DNA from: a virus
Reading direction: 5' to 3' (one strand)
DNA: 64,000 nucleotides
Virus record (IMG/VR): IMGVR_UViG_3300032893_000013
Coordinates: 32,001-96,000 of that record
The position numbers and the translations under genes were made by a program. Below are positions 9,293-18,470 of the stretch, piece by piece (positions within the stretch are counted from its first letter, which is position 1; the number at the start of each line of letters is the position of its first letter). Below the pieces are notes generated by a model that saw only the letters and a list, made by a program, of their open reading frames with translations, was not told the DNA's origin and did not search any database.

Positions 9293-9553
9293 ATGGAGGT
9301 ATTTATGGATAAAAAAACTACTGTCACCGCTCCCGCTCAACAAGAGGCAGAAATTGTTGATATGCTCACCAGAATATCTCCACTCAAAGTCATGGAGATT
9401 TCTGCCAACTTTGAGCAAATCATCGCCAGCCAAATCTTCTTGATGTTACGCCGTGGCGTGCCCGCAGAAAAATTGCACCTGATAGTCGAAGAGGCTCAGT
9501 TGCACCTTGACATCGAAAACAGTCTGGTCACGTCGAAAGCGTCCGGACAATAA
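9293..9553 (+). CDS. Hypothetical protein
   Basis: ORF after an extended -10 promoter; GGAGGT RBS suggests a start at 9305. Confidence 0.7.
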   Translation: MEVFMDKKTTVTAPAQQEAEIVDMLTRISPLKVMEISANFEQIIASQIFLMLRRGVPAEKLHLIVEEAQLHLDIENSLVTSKASGQ

Positions 9554-9565
9554 CAGGAGGAACCC

Positions 9566-10468
9566 ATGAAACGTCTTGTCTTTTTCGCTCTTTTCCTTTC
9601 GGGATGTACCTGCTATGAGGCGCAATATCTGCGCGGCCCCAGCGGACATTCAACGCTCACATCGCAGGCTCCGGCCACGGTCGCTCAGTGCGCGAACGGC
9701 GGAACAACAATCAGCTACGGAACCGACCTGAATGACAATGGCACTCTCGATCCATCTGAAGTCACGGGTTCGTCTTCGATCTGCAACGGCTTGAACGGGC
9801 AAAACGGGACTAATGGCACCAATGGTACGAACGGTACTAACGGAACCAATGGCACGAACGGCACTAACGGGATAGATGGGACAAACGGTACGAACGGGAC
9901 CAATGGCACAAATGGAACGGATGGATCTGACGGCTACAATTCTCTCGTTTCAATGGTCGCCATCAATCCAGGCGCAACTTGCACCAATGGCGGAATTCTT
10001 TTGAACTCAGGCTTGGACACTTCACGCGATGGCGTTCTTGAAGTCGGCGAAGTTCAATACAGTATGCCTCTATGTAATGGCTTGAACGGACAAAACGGAC
10101 AAAACGGACAAAACGGACAGAATGGTCAAAACGCTCCGACTCCGCTATTCACTCCGACACTTGCCATCATGCCGTGTGGCCAGAACTCAGCCACATACAA
10201 AGAAACACTTCTTGGACTTTCCGGTGGAGGAGTATTCGCTTTGTTTGTTGGAAATTTGAGCGACCTGAGCAGCGTTGCCAACATCATGTTGCCGGACGGA
10301 ACCTATTATGACACCGATACGTCGAAATGCGTGTTCACTCTTCACACCGATGGATCTGGCAACAAGACAATGGCCTGGACTGGAGCGACAGCCGATGGTC
10401 ACACGACCTATCATTCCGGCCACGCAGATTACAACGCTACGACGCAAACTTGGTCCGTGACTTATTAG
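9566..10468 (+). CDS. Collagen-like lipoprotein with two Cys-bounded DxNxNGxLDxxE modules
   Basis: Lipobox LSGC; CxNGG...G.D.N.NG.LD..EV...C twice; (G-T-N)n and (G-Q-N)n triplets. Confidence 0.85.
   Translation: MKRLVFFALFLSGCTCYEAQYLRGPSGHSTLTSQAPATVAQCANGGTTISYGTDLNDNGTLDPSEVTGSSSICNGLNGQNGTNGTNGTNGTNGTNGTNGTNGIDGTNGTNGTNGTNGTDGSDGYNSLVSMVAINPGATCTNGGILLNSGLDTSRDGVLEVGEVQYSMPLCNGLNGQNGQNGQNGQNGQNAPTPLFTPTLAIMPCGQNSATYKETLLGLSGGGVFALFVGNLSDLSSVANIMLPDGTYYDTDTSKCVFTLHTDGSGNKTMAWTGATADGHTTYHSGHADYNATTQTWSVTY
9788..9934 (+). repeat. 9-bp coding tandem repeat (Gly-X-Asn collagen-like triplets)
   Basis: About 16 G-X-N/D triplets with diversified codons; a second shorter array near 10079-10132. 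Confidence 0.9.
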
Positions 10469-10476
10469 GAGGAGTT

Positions 10477-10665
10477 ATGGTAGAATTGCTCTTAGACAAC
10501 ACCTTCCCGATTTTGATTCTCGTGTCTGTGATTTTCTTCGGTGTTGATTATTACAACAGGTACTGGCGCAAGAACGAAAGATTCGTTGAGCCGGAAACGA
10601 CAGCCATGGCATATTTCATGGCACAAAGGATTAAACGTGGAACTAAAGATCGCAGCAATTTCTGA
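10477..10665 (+). CDS. Small membrane protein
   Basis: AGGAGG RBS, ATG 10477, one TM. Confidence 0.7.
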   Translation: MVELLLDNTFPILILVSVIFFGVDYYNRYWRKNERFVEPETTAMAYFMAQRIKRGTKDRSNF

Positions 10666-11362
10666 CACGCACAACGAAACGCCGAAGATGCCTAAAGGGG
10701 CTGACGTTCTCATTCACGCTGGCGACCTTACGATGATGGGCCGCGAGTTTGAAGTTCGGAAATCAATTGATTGGCTGAAGAGCCTGAAGAAGCGTTACAA
10801 AAAGGGCATCATTTTGGTGCCCGGAAATCATGATTTTCTCTTCGAGGATTGGCGAGAAGGATTGCCAAAAACGAAGCGGGGAATGGAGCTTGAGCGGAAT
10901 TTCGCACTTGCCAAACAGCTTTGCGATGATGCCGGTATCATCCTTTTGATGGATCAGTCCGTTGAGATTGAAGGAGTGAAAATTTATGGATCACCGTATT
11001 CACTTCGCTTTCACGATTGGGCTTTCAATCTGAGTCCAATGGACAGTGCTTTGTTTTGGGCCAAGAACATCCCCAAAGACACGAACGTCTTGGTCACGCA
11101 TGGTCCGCCGTTCGGGATTGGTGATCTTTGCCGTGGCGGACACGTCGGCGACAGTGCGCTGCTAGAACTCATCAAGAGCCTTCCGGACTTGAAAATGCAC
11201 ATTTATGGGCACATCCACGAAGGTTCCGGAGTGCATTGGTTCAACAACAAGCTGTTCATCAACGCATCGGCTTTGAACGAGTATTATCAAGGTTTTAACG
11301 ACATTCACGTCGTTTCGTATCCATCACTAAACATTAGGAGGTTCCCAGATGAATCCGTCTGA
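10637..11362 (+). CDS. Calcineurin-like metallophosphoesterase
   Basis: SDTH, HAGD, PGNHD, THGPP and GHIHE motifs. Confidence 0.92.
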   Translation: MELKIAAISDTHNETPKMPKGADVLIHAGDLTMMGREFEVRKSIDWLKSLKKRYKKGIILVPGNHDFLFEDWREGLPKTKRGMELERNFALAKQLCDDAGIILLMDQSVEIEGVKIYGSPYSLRFHDWAFNLSPMDSALFWAKNIPKDTNVLVTHGPPFGIGDLCRGGHVGDSALLELIKSLPDLKMHIYGHIHEGSGVHWFNNKLFINASALNEYYQGFNDIHVVSYPSLNIRRFPDESV

Positions 11363-11675
11363 ATATGCCCGCGACCTTATGAAAAAGCAAGGCCCGGACA
11401 ATGCGCTCAAGATTGCAGAGCAATGCGAGTCACTTTCCAAGGCTCTGATGACTGCCGAAGAAGTGCCAGCCATTGGTGAAGAGGTTGAGGTTGTCGAAGA
11501 AACCTACAAAGCGAAGGACGGAAGCCTTCAAACGCGGGAACGCATCAAGGTCAATGGAAGACTCCAGAACAAACGGCTGACGCAAAGCGCACGTTTCTGG
11601 AACAACACGGCCTGCATCGTCCGGAAGATGAAAGCCCAGATCGACGAAAAGAAAAACGCTCAGGCAAAAACCTGA
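11349..11675 (+). CDS. Hypothetical protein
   Basis: AGGAGG RBS; overlaps the upstream gene. Confidence 0.75.
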   Translation: MNPSEYARDLMKKQGPDNALKIAEQCESLSKALMTAEEVPAIGEEVEVVEETYKAKDGSLQTRERIKVNGRLQNKRLTQSARFWNNTACIVRKMKAQIDEKKNAQAKT

Positions 11676-11679
11676 GCGT
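11652..11679 (-). terminator. Intrinsic terminator ending the capsid operon
   Basis: ACGCTCAGG-N6-CCTGAGCGT 9-bp stem followed by a T-run on the minus strand, between convergent genes. Confidence 0.75.
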
Positions 11680-11704
11680 CAAAGTTCTAAATTGTAGGAA
11701 TTAC

Positions 11705-12043
11705 TTACAGTACGACGTTAGAAGCCGGAACTGCGGGAATTGCGCGAAGAGCGATATAGAGATCGCCAACGACAGCGGCTGAAGGCTTGGTGCCAGCAGT
11801 CGCTACAGTCTCGAAAACCGCATTGCCAGCGACAGCCGGAATGTGGATCAAGAGATCGCCAACTGCAAGAGCGGCGAAATCCGTAGTCGTACTTGTGTGA
11901 GCAGCAACAATTGCGGCAGGAATCGACCAACTTGCTTGGGATTGGCCCTGTGCGCTCTTGTTGAGGATGTTCAAAATCTCATTACCGGCAGCGGGGCTGG
12001 TAAGAGACTCGACAAGCCGTTTTGCTGTATCTGAAGAAACCAC
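11705..12043 (-). CDS. Putative virion (head decoration) protein
   Basis: Directly downstream of MCP, Ala/Val/Thr-rich, AGGAGG RBS. Confidence 0.6.
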   Translation of the reverse strand: MVSSDTAKRLVESLTSPAAGNEILNILNKSAQGQSQASWSIPAAIVAAHTSTTTDFAALAVGDLLIHIPAVAGNAVFETVATAGTKPSAAVVGDLYIALRAIPAVPASNVVL

Positions 12044-12057
12044 GAGAGCCTCCTAGA

Positions 12058-13452
12058 TTACTTCGTCAAGTTATCGACGAGGATATTGAAGCGGGGCAAT
12101 TTCACCATCAACGAGCAGAAGCGATAGAACGCTTTGGGAGTCGTGAGATCGGTTTGAGCGAGTTGTTGTGATTTGAACGAACTCAGTTCAGCCATTTCAA
12201 GACCGCGCATGTCAAGGGCGAAACCCGTGACGAAGCCAGGGAGCCGGTTGTTCAGGTCAGTGAAGACCGTAGTAGCGGCACCGCTGTTCACAACGCGACC
12301 AACATATTGGCGCACGCCGGAAGCATCGTTCGCATTCGAGCGATAGACGTTGAAGTAGCGAGCGGCAATACCGCCAGCGGGAGTGATTGTAACGGCAATC
12401 TGGTTACCGTTTGCCGACATCGTAATGTTCGACACAGCCGAAGCCGGGCTTTCACCCACATCACCACAAGCAGTTACGCTGTAGTAATAAACTTCACCGG
12501 AAAGGAACGAAGTCGATCCAGCCGATTGACCGAGCGAGATGCCAGGAGCGGCGGGAACACCAACACGCGGACGTGCGGGCGAGGTTTTACCAGACAAGAA
12601 ACGGCTAGATTCAATCGAGATCGCGCCGCCAGCTACCCACTGTTCATTCAACGAAGCGCCAGTGGCTTTTTGAGGCGAACCGGCAAGAACGATACGTTCT
12701 TTGGAGTGGCTGATTTTGTTGTACGCGCCATGAGTAAGCGGATCAATGTACAACTTCTCGGGATTACCGTGGCTCATTTGAGCGCGGCTGTAAATGTCCT
12801 CAATCGTGCTCTGTTGGAGAACGCCGTTCTGAGGAATCACAACGGAACCGTCAGCGCCATATTCTTGGAACATCAAGTCTTTGGTGCTGTTGTCGAAATC
12901 CGACTGACGAATTTGGGGATCAAGACCGTGCATACCGGGTTCCGACTGGCTCATCGCCAACGGGTTACCGTCATACAATCCACCGTTCGAGTAAGCGGAC
13001 TTACCACGGAAAAGGTGGAACTCGATGTCACCAGCGAGTTTGAGAGCGGCAGAGGCTTCAACGCGATCTTCGGCTTTAACACCGTCGAAGGTTTCAACCA
13101 ACTGAGCTTGCAAAGTCACCCGACGAACGTGAACATAATATGCCATCGGAACAACGGCACGGTTCAACGTATCGGTTTCTTCTTGACCAACGGCGCCTTC
13201 CAGCACTGCCGATCCACCGAAGATACCATAATCCAGTTGTCTATTGAACTGGACAAGAGTGCCCTTGGCAGGAGTAACCTTGAAGATTTTTTGCAACTTG
13301 ATTTTGCTGTCATCATAAGTTGCGATGTTCATTACATCACTGAGGTCTTCGCGTTGGAGCGAGGAACCTTGAGAGAGCGTGCCTGGGGCAGCGTTCATCC
13401 CACCGGCTTCTAAAGCCTTTTTCAACATTTCAAGTTTGGCGATGTCTAACAC
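12058..13452 (-). CDS. Major capsid protein, SPO1/Twort-like HK97 fold with Ig-like insertion
   Basis: LQREDL, IEFHLFRG, YYYSVTA...ESPAS...FNVYRS...FTDLNNRLPG resemble Twort/K-type MCP; follows protease and scaffold. Confidence 0.9.
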   Translation of the reverse strand: MLDIAKLEMLKKALEAGGMNAAPGTLSQGSSLQREDLSDVMNIATYDDSKIKLQKIFKVTPAKGTLVQFNRQLDYGIFGGSAVLEGAVGQEETDTLNRAVVPMAYYVHVRRVTLQAQLVETFDGVKAEDRVEASAALKLAGDIEFHLFRGKSAYSNGGLYDGNPLAMSQSEPGMHGLDPQIRQSDFDNSTKDLMFQEYGADGSVVIPQNGVLQQSTIEDIYSRAQMSHGNPEKLYIDPLTHGAYNKISHSKERIVLAGSPQKATGASLNEQWVAGGAISIESSRFLSGKTSPARPRVGVPAAPGISLGQSAGSTSFLSGEVYYYSVTACGDVGESPASAVSNITMSANGNQIAVTITPAGGIAARYFNVYRSNANDASGVRQYVGRVVNSGAATTVFTDLNNRLPGFVTGFALDMRGLEMAELSSFKSQQLAQTDLTTPKAFYRFCSLMVKLPRFNILVDNLTK

Positions 13453-13464
13453 GGTTTTCTCCTT

Positions 13465-14361
13465 TTATTTGGAAATCAGTTTCAAAACTTCAGATGACCG
13501 TTTTTTGGTCACGAAGTAGTTACTAAGAGCGTCGCGCTCATTCTTAGTAAGCGCACCGAGCGCGCTTCTATCTCCGGCGATCTTTTTAGCCCGTTTATGG
13601 AACTCTTCGTCGGAAATATTTTCTTGCTCAGTCTTTTTCAGGTCTTTTTCGCCTTTATCGACATAATCGACGCTGCGAATATCGGTAACCGCCTTAGTAA
13701 CGGGACGGTTGACCATTTTTTCCATCAAATCTGTCAAAGTGCCAACGGCCTTTTCAAGATTCTTGGCATTCTCTTCGGACTTTGAAAGTTTTTCTTTCAT
13801 AGCGTCCATCTCTTTTTTATACATGGCCGAAGACTCTTCCGATTTCATAGCGGAAGAAGCAGCGGGAGATGGCGAAGGAGAAGCGGCTGGCGCAGATTCC
13901 ATCGGAGCAGGAGCGGCAGACTTGCTGCGGGCTTCCATTTCCATTTGAACACACTGCATCAACTCATGGAGCATTTCATCATCAAGACCATGAACCATCG
14001 ACTCAAGCGAATCGCCTGCGTCAGCTTCAGGGCTGGCTTGTGCCGAAGGATCGGCAGGAGCCGGAGAAGACGAAGCCGAGGCTTCCGGAGTCGGGCTTTC
14101 AAAACCCGAACCTTCATCCTTTTTCATGGATGATTCTTCTTTCTTCATGGAAGACTCTTCTTTTTTCATCGAGGATTCTTCCTTTTTCATGGAACTTTCT
14201 TCTTTTTTCATTGAAGACTCTTCTTTTTTCATCGAAGACTCCTCATTCTTCTTGAGGCTATCAAGTCGAGCTTGCTCAGACTTAATAAGCTCGTCAACCT
14301 CACCGGCAACTTCTTTCAAAATTGCGTTCAGATCGACATTTTGTTCTTGAACCTGACTCAT
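13465..14361 (-). CDS. Putative capsid scaffolding/core protein
   Basis: Acidic, low-complexity coiled coil directly upstream of MCP; many L/M-x-K-S/A/E sites. Confidence 0.7.
   Translation of the reverse strand: MSQVQEQNVDLNAILKEVAGEVDELIKSEQARLDSLKKNEESSMKKEESSMKKEESSMKKEESSMKKEESSMKKEESSMKKDEGSGFESPTPEASASSSPAPADPSAQASPEADAGDSLESMVHGLDDEMLHELMQCVQMEMEARSKSAAPAPMESAPAASPSPSPAASSAMKSEESSAMYKKEMDAMKEKLSKSEENAKNLEKAVGTLTDLMEKMVNRPVTKAVTDIRSVDYVDKGEKDLKKTEQENISDEEFHKRAKKIAGDRSALGALTKNERDALSNYFVTKKRSSEVLKLISK
14119..14244 (-). repeat. 21-bp coding tandem repeat, 6 x EESSMKK
   Basis: Met codons at exact 21-bp spacing (14125-14230); synonymous codons differ between copies. Confidence 0.95.
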
Positions 14362-14384
14362 GGCGGTTTCCTTTATGGTCTTTA

Positions 14385-14858
14385 TTATTGACCAGACAGA
14401 GGCCAGTAGAGATCCGGGGCAATGCTTTGGTTCAGAGTAGAGCCAGAAACAGATCCGTCAGTTTGAAATTGCGAGAGAGCGGGAACGGTTCCGTTTGCGT
14501 TAAGATAACGCTCTTGCTTCACGCCAGGGCGAGCAAGTTCCATGTCAATTTTTACACGGTTCAAAAGAGTCAAGAGAGAAACGCCAGAGATGGTGGAGGC
14601 TTCTTCGATGACTTGGAATTTCATCGGGCTGTAGGTGCGTTGCGGATTTCCGATGACATCGCTGAATTGTTGATCTTGGCCGATGGCGCGGATCGCAATG
14701 TTTTGTTCACCAGCGACTGCGGGAGAATGCTGAGAAATCAAAAGCTGAGCGCCTTGACTATCTTGCGAAGTCGTGAAAAAATACGAAGAACCAAGTCTGA
14801 GAGTCAGATGGTCCTGAAGGACTCGCATCAGGTTTTGTGATTTAGCAATGATCGACAT
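14385..14858 (-). CDS. Putative virion structural protein
   Basis: First gene of the scaffold-MCP unit; AGGAG RBS. Confidence 0.65.
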   Translation of the reverse strand: MSIIAKSQNLMRVLQDHLTLRLGSSYFFTTSQDSQGAQLLISQHSPAVAGEQNIAIRAIGQDQQFSDVIGNPQRTYSPMKFQVIEEASTISGVSLLTLLNRVKIDMELARPGVKQERYLNANGTVPALSQFQTDGSVSGSTLNQSIAPDLYWPLSGQ

Positions 14859-14896
14859 TTTAGCTCCTTTTATTGAAAACAGCTATTTTCAGCGGA

Positions 14897-14913
14897 CAAT
14901 ACAGATTATTAGG
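14897..14913 (-). promoter_or_regulatory. Candidate late promoter (CCTAATAATCTGTATTG)
   Basis: Motif shared with 15976-15994 and 21445-21462. Confidence 0.5.
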
Positions 14914-14959
14914 CTTTTTTCCTAACCGTGCGAAAATAGGTAATATTTTCGTTTCAAAT

Positions 14960-15970
14960 TTAGTGTTTTGCCTTACCCGTCATCTCGTCGTAAAGACGCT
15001 TGGTTAGGTCTACGTTGCCTTCGTGCATCCGCTTTCTGATTGCCGATTCAATTTTTCCGGCATCTTCGTCGGTTACACCAGGAACGAGTGTTTTTATGAG
15101 ATCCTTACTGGGAGATTTTTTCCCCATCAGCTTTATCAGCTTGTCGAGTTGCGGCATTTTGCCGGAACGCGCCATTGGTTTGCTGAAGGACTCTTTCTGG
15201 AGGGCACTTCCTCCCGACAACGCGCCAGGAGCAGCAGACGGTGAGCCTGCTTCCAGAGCTTTCCGCAAATTTGACAGCGCATCGCGTAAGCCGAAATCAT
15301 TGATAACATTCGGCATTACCGTATTTATGTGTTGCATAGACACGGATTTTCGTAGTGGTTCCAGCCCACCGGCATAAGTCGCTTTGGACATCGACTTGGA
15401 GACTTGCGGTGCGGAAGTATCCGCTACAATATCCACAGTTGCTGCTTTATTCGCTGGCTTCATTGTCAAAGCCATTTTTCTGATTACTGTTTTTTTGAGG
15501 AAGTTTCCCTGTCTCTCAAGGGTAGCGCCTTCCACAGAAAGTCCGAGTTGCGGGCCTTCCTGAGATTTACTGAACATGCGCGCAATCGAGGCGGCGGCGC
15601 GGGCATTGTCGTGGGCTTCGGGACCATCCCAGATTTCGACAGAACCGTAAATCATTGGTTTTCTGAATTCATTCCAAGCAGTTAGCTCACGGTCAGACTT
15701 GCAATCGTCGGGCGAAAAGATTTTTTTCGCGTTCACAACGCGGCCAACTACGGCATTGAAGCCCTTGAAATCGTCTTTGGTTTGACCGTCGCGCTTGTGC
15801 ATCTCTTCATCTTCAGCATCTTCGGGATTGATGTGCTCAGTGTTGAGCGTCGCTTTTCCCGACTGAAGATCAGAAATGTCCGCACCCTCGACCGACAGGA
15901 CTTCGCCCGACGTATCTGGGGTTTCAACAGAAAAGATTCCTTCAAGTATGAGATTTTTGCTCAGTTTCAT
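14960..15970 (-). CDS. Prohead maturation protease (HK97/SPO1-type)
   Basis: LEGIFSVETPDTSGE, LNTEH, VVGRV, GLSVEG (catalytic Ser), ALTMKPANK. Confidence 0.88.
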   Translation of the reverse strand: MKLSKNLILEGIFSVETPDTSGEVLSVEGADISDLQSGKATLNTEHINPEDAEDEEMHKRDGQTKDDFKGFNAVVGRVVNAKKIFSPDDCKSDRELTAWNEFRKPMIYGSVEIWDGPEAHDNARAAASIARMFSKSQEGPQLGLSVEGATLERQGNFLKKTVIRKMALTMKPANKAATVDIVADTSAPQVSKSMSKATYAGGLEPLRKSVSMQHINTVMPNVINDFGLRDALSNLRKALEAGSPSAAPGALSGGSALQKESFSKPMARSGKMPQLDKLIKLMGKKSPSKDLIKTLVPGVTDEDAGKIESAIRKRMHEGNVDLTKRLYDEMTGKAKH

Positions 15971-15975
15971 ATATT

Positions 15976-15994
15976 CAATATTAGGATTTTTAGG
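15976..15994 (-). promoter_or_regulatory. Candidate late promoter (CCTAAAAATCCTAATATTG)
   Basis: Ends 5 nt before the protease ATG, which has no SD sequence. Confidence 0.55.
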
Positions 15995-16130
15995 TTAAGC
16001 CTGCGAATTCATTGAAAAACTTTCAAATCGTTATCATTTTTATACCGATCAGACTACTTTCTATAACACTTCGGCGACAACTTATGGATTTTCCTTATTA
16101 TTCTCATAATTAGAAGGCCGAAAAAATCTT

Positions 16131-16160
16131 TTGCAAACCCCGACAGCACTGTGATAACTT
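16131..16160 (+). promoter_or_regulatory. sigma70-type promoter
   Basis: TTGCAA-N18-TAACTT upstream of AGGAGG. Confidence 0.5.
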
Positions 16161-16184
16161 GAAATTGTTACAAGGAGGGGAAAG

Positions 16185-16565
16185 GTGACCGTTGATTATC
16201 GCCTAGTGGACATTTTCGTTCGAGTCTGGAACCGCAATCATCGTTCTTGGTTTGGTGGAGAAGGATTGGTCGCAGAAAATATCAACTGGGGATGGTGCTA
16301 CCAATTCGCCCTTGTGATTCATGGAGTTTATGGCGGCGAACTCATCTCTTCGTGCGGTCACGCATGGGTACGGATTGGAGAATGGGATTATGACAGCGAG
16401 CACCTGAGCGGCGGCGACATCTATTCGTATGGACGATCCGTTTATGACCGCGATCAATTCATCTCATACTGGAACAACGGCGGCGGAAGCGGCCCGGTTT
16501 GTGAAACGACGATTGCAGAAACAATTCAGGAGTTTATGAAGCTGAAGCAGAATGAGGCGGCTTAA
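16185..16565 (+). CDS. Hypothetical protein (possible Cys/His/Asp papain- or transglutaminase-like fold)
   Basis: INWGWCYQFA, GHAWV, YDSE; strong RBS. Confidence 0.65.
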   Translation: MTVDYRLVDIFVRVWNRNHRSWFGGEGLVAENINWGWCYQFALVIHGVYGGELISSCGHAWVRIGEWDYDSEHLSGGDIYSYGRSVYDRDQFISYWNNGGGSGPVCETTIAETIQEFMKLKQNEAA

Positions 16566-16574
16566 AGAATTTTT

Positions 16575-16603
16575 TTGCAAATTCTACAATAGTGCGAGAT
16601 ACT
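16575..16603 (+). promoter_or_regulatory. sigma70-type promoter
   Basis: TTGCAA-N17-GATACT upstream of GGAGGT. Confidence 0.6.
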
Positions 16604-16619
16604 GGGTTTGGAGGTAATT

Positions 16620-16958
16620 ATGGGAATCAAACGAGTGCTCTATAAAGGTTTCGAGATTCTCGTTGGCGCCAGCTACACCAAGGTCATCCCTGACGAAGAC
16701 AAAAAACTCGTCTACGAAGTCGCCAATCAAGTGGAAGCTGAGCAGTTCGTGGACCAATTTCGAGACGAAGCCGGAACCCATCCGATCAACTGCGAATTTT
16801 GCGGCGCCGTGCCGGAACGTTCCGAACTCAACACAACGCACTGGAAGGATGATAAGCCGATCACGTTCGTAATCCATGAATGCCAAAAAAAGGACTGCCG
16901 CAACGCCCGCGACTATTATTTCGATTTGGGCAAAGCGATGGCCAAGGGAGAAATATGA
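16620..16958 (+). CDS. Hypothetical Zn-finger protein
   Basis: CEFC...CQKKDC; GGAGGT RBS. Confidence 0.7.
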   Translation: MGIKRVLYKGFEILVGASYTKVIPDEDKKLVYEVANQVEAEQFVDQFRDEAGTHPINCEFCGAVPERSELNTTHWKDDKPITFVIHECQKKDCRNARDYYFDLGKAMAKGEI

Positions 16959-17380
16959 GAATCGCAACTAAAGCTCAAAAATTGAAGCTCAACATAATCA
17001 TGTCCCGCGACTCTTCGGGAATGTGGAGTATGACCATCGAGGACAGCGTTGCTGGACTCATCATCGTTTCTGCGAAAATGAACGACGAACAATTCTCGGA
17101 TTTCATGTCGCACCGATACGCCAAAATTGATGGCGAGCATTACGCCAATCCAAACATCGGGAAGAAAATGGTGACAAAGTGGTACGACGTGAATCTGGAA
17201 AAGCTCAAGCCGATCTTTGAAAATTACGACGATGCCTCACGCGCCCGCGACATGAAACACATCTTCGATCTGGCCGAACAGGAGAATCCTGGATTCAAAG
17301 CCGACCGCGAATCTTACAACAGCCATCGCAACAATCGCGGCTACTATCAAGTCACACTCAGGAAGTGGGAAGACGTATGA
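16955..17380 (+). CDS. Hypothetical protein
   Basis: ATGA coupling at both ends. Confidence 0.75.
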   Translation: MRIATKAQKLKLNIIMSRDSSGMWSMTIEDSVAGLIIVSAKMNDEQFSDFMSHRYAKIDGEHYANPNIGKKMVTKWYDVNLEKLKPIFENYDDASRARDMKHIFDLAEQENPGFKADRESYNSHRNNRGYYQVTLRKWEDV

Positions 17381-17664
17381 GTTGTCAACTGATGCTCTTG
17401 AAAAATGGAATGTGGTCAGCGCGCTCGAAAAAAACACGTTATTTCAAGGGGCCGGACGGAAGTATTTCTTCAGCGCCGGATTTCGTGGAATTTTTTCAGA
17501 ACCAAACATTAGACCGCTGTGCGGAATTTCTTGCCCAGCGCGGAGTCGATCCGGATGAAGTCGAGGAAGCCGTTGTGTGTATGCTGAAAAACGATCACAA
17601 TATTGCAGAATTTGGGATTCAGGGAAGATTCGTATTCAGTAAATACGAAGGAGTGGTTCACTAA
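17377..17664 (+). CDS. Hypothetical protein
   Basis: ATGA coupling; stop overlaps the convergent gene. Confidence 0.7.
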   Translation: MSCQLMLLKNGMWSARSKKTRYFKGPDGSISSAPDFVEFFQNQTLDRCAEFLAQRGVDPDEVEEAVVCMLKNDHNIAEFGIQGRFVFSKYEGVVH

Positions 17665-18470
17665 GCGCGTTGCTTAGCGTACTCGTCGTGGCCGGGGCCG
17701 ACATAGATGATTCGGCCTTGATCTGAAAATCCGAAGCCAGGCATCAAAACTGTTAGAATGTCGCGACAATTGACATGCGTTGGAGAAACGGACGGTTCGG
17801 GATTTTTCCAATGGCCGGGCGATCCTGAAAGTTCGCTCAATTTATACAGGCGCGGAGTCACTTTGTCGGGCATGGTCCATAGGCGCCAGCAATAGGGACA
17901 GCGGTGATCGTCCAAAACTCCCAGCTTGAAAACCACAGGATCATCAATCCCAACAGCTTTCGAGACTCCGATGATGCCATCTAAGGCGCCGACATTCTGA
18001 GCATTGTGAAGTTCATGGTTAACTAAAGTGTCAACTGCCTTATCCATGCGCTCTTTTTGCTTGAACAATTCGGATTCGATTTGATCCATGATAGTCGTTC
18101 CCGTTTGGGATCGAACTAAATCTTCAACGCTTTTGCCTTCGCGCTTTGCCTGAAGAAGCAAGTTGTCATATTTTTCGCCAATGATTCGAGTCACATCGGC
18201 AATCGACTTTTTTTCGAGTGAGTCGATGTAATATTCGGCGACTTTTTGCACCTTTTGAATGGTCGCCTGATCGACGCTTTCAGAAGTCGGAGAATTCAGG
18301 GAGTTGGCCGCCAAATAATTGGAAGCCAAAGTAGTCTGAGGATCAAATGTCCTGTAAGAAAAGACGATGGATTTCGGGACAGATTGCGGACCTAAAAGAT
18401 TGATTCGCAAAGCGCCGAATGCTTTGGTGACGTACTCTTCAATGATTTTGTGAATGGCTGGAGTAAGCAT
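17661..18470 (-). CDS. Head morphogenesis protein (MuF/SPP1 gp7-like)
   Basis: DHRCPYC...THVNCR motif directly downstream of portal. Confidence 0.8.
   Translation of the reverse strand: MLTPAIHKIIEEYVTKAFGALRINLLGPQSVPKSIVFSYRTFDPQTTLASNYLAANSLNSPTSESVDQATIQKVQKVAEYYIDSLEKKSIADVTRIIGEKYDNLLLQAKREGKSVEDLVRSQTGTTIMDQIESELFKQKERMDKAVDTLVNHELHNAQNVGALDGIIGVSKAVGIDDPVVFKLGVLDDHRCPYCWRLWTMPDKVTPRLYKLSELSGSPGHWKNPEPSVSPTHVNCRDILTVLMPGFGFSDQGRIIYVGPGHDEYAKQRA

Noticed and set aside
9788-10132. AAC-rich repeats as a diversity-generating retroelement template
   Set aside because: No reverse transcriptase or TR/VR pair in the window; the repeats are collagen-like coding triplets
12307-13413. 368-aa plus-strand ORF antisense to MCP
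   Set aside because: Shadow ORF arising from the codon bias of a highly expressed gene; TTG start, no recognisable motifs
14119-14244. 21-bp periodic repeats as a CRISPR array
   Set aside because: No spacers; in-frame coding repeat with synonymous variation
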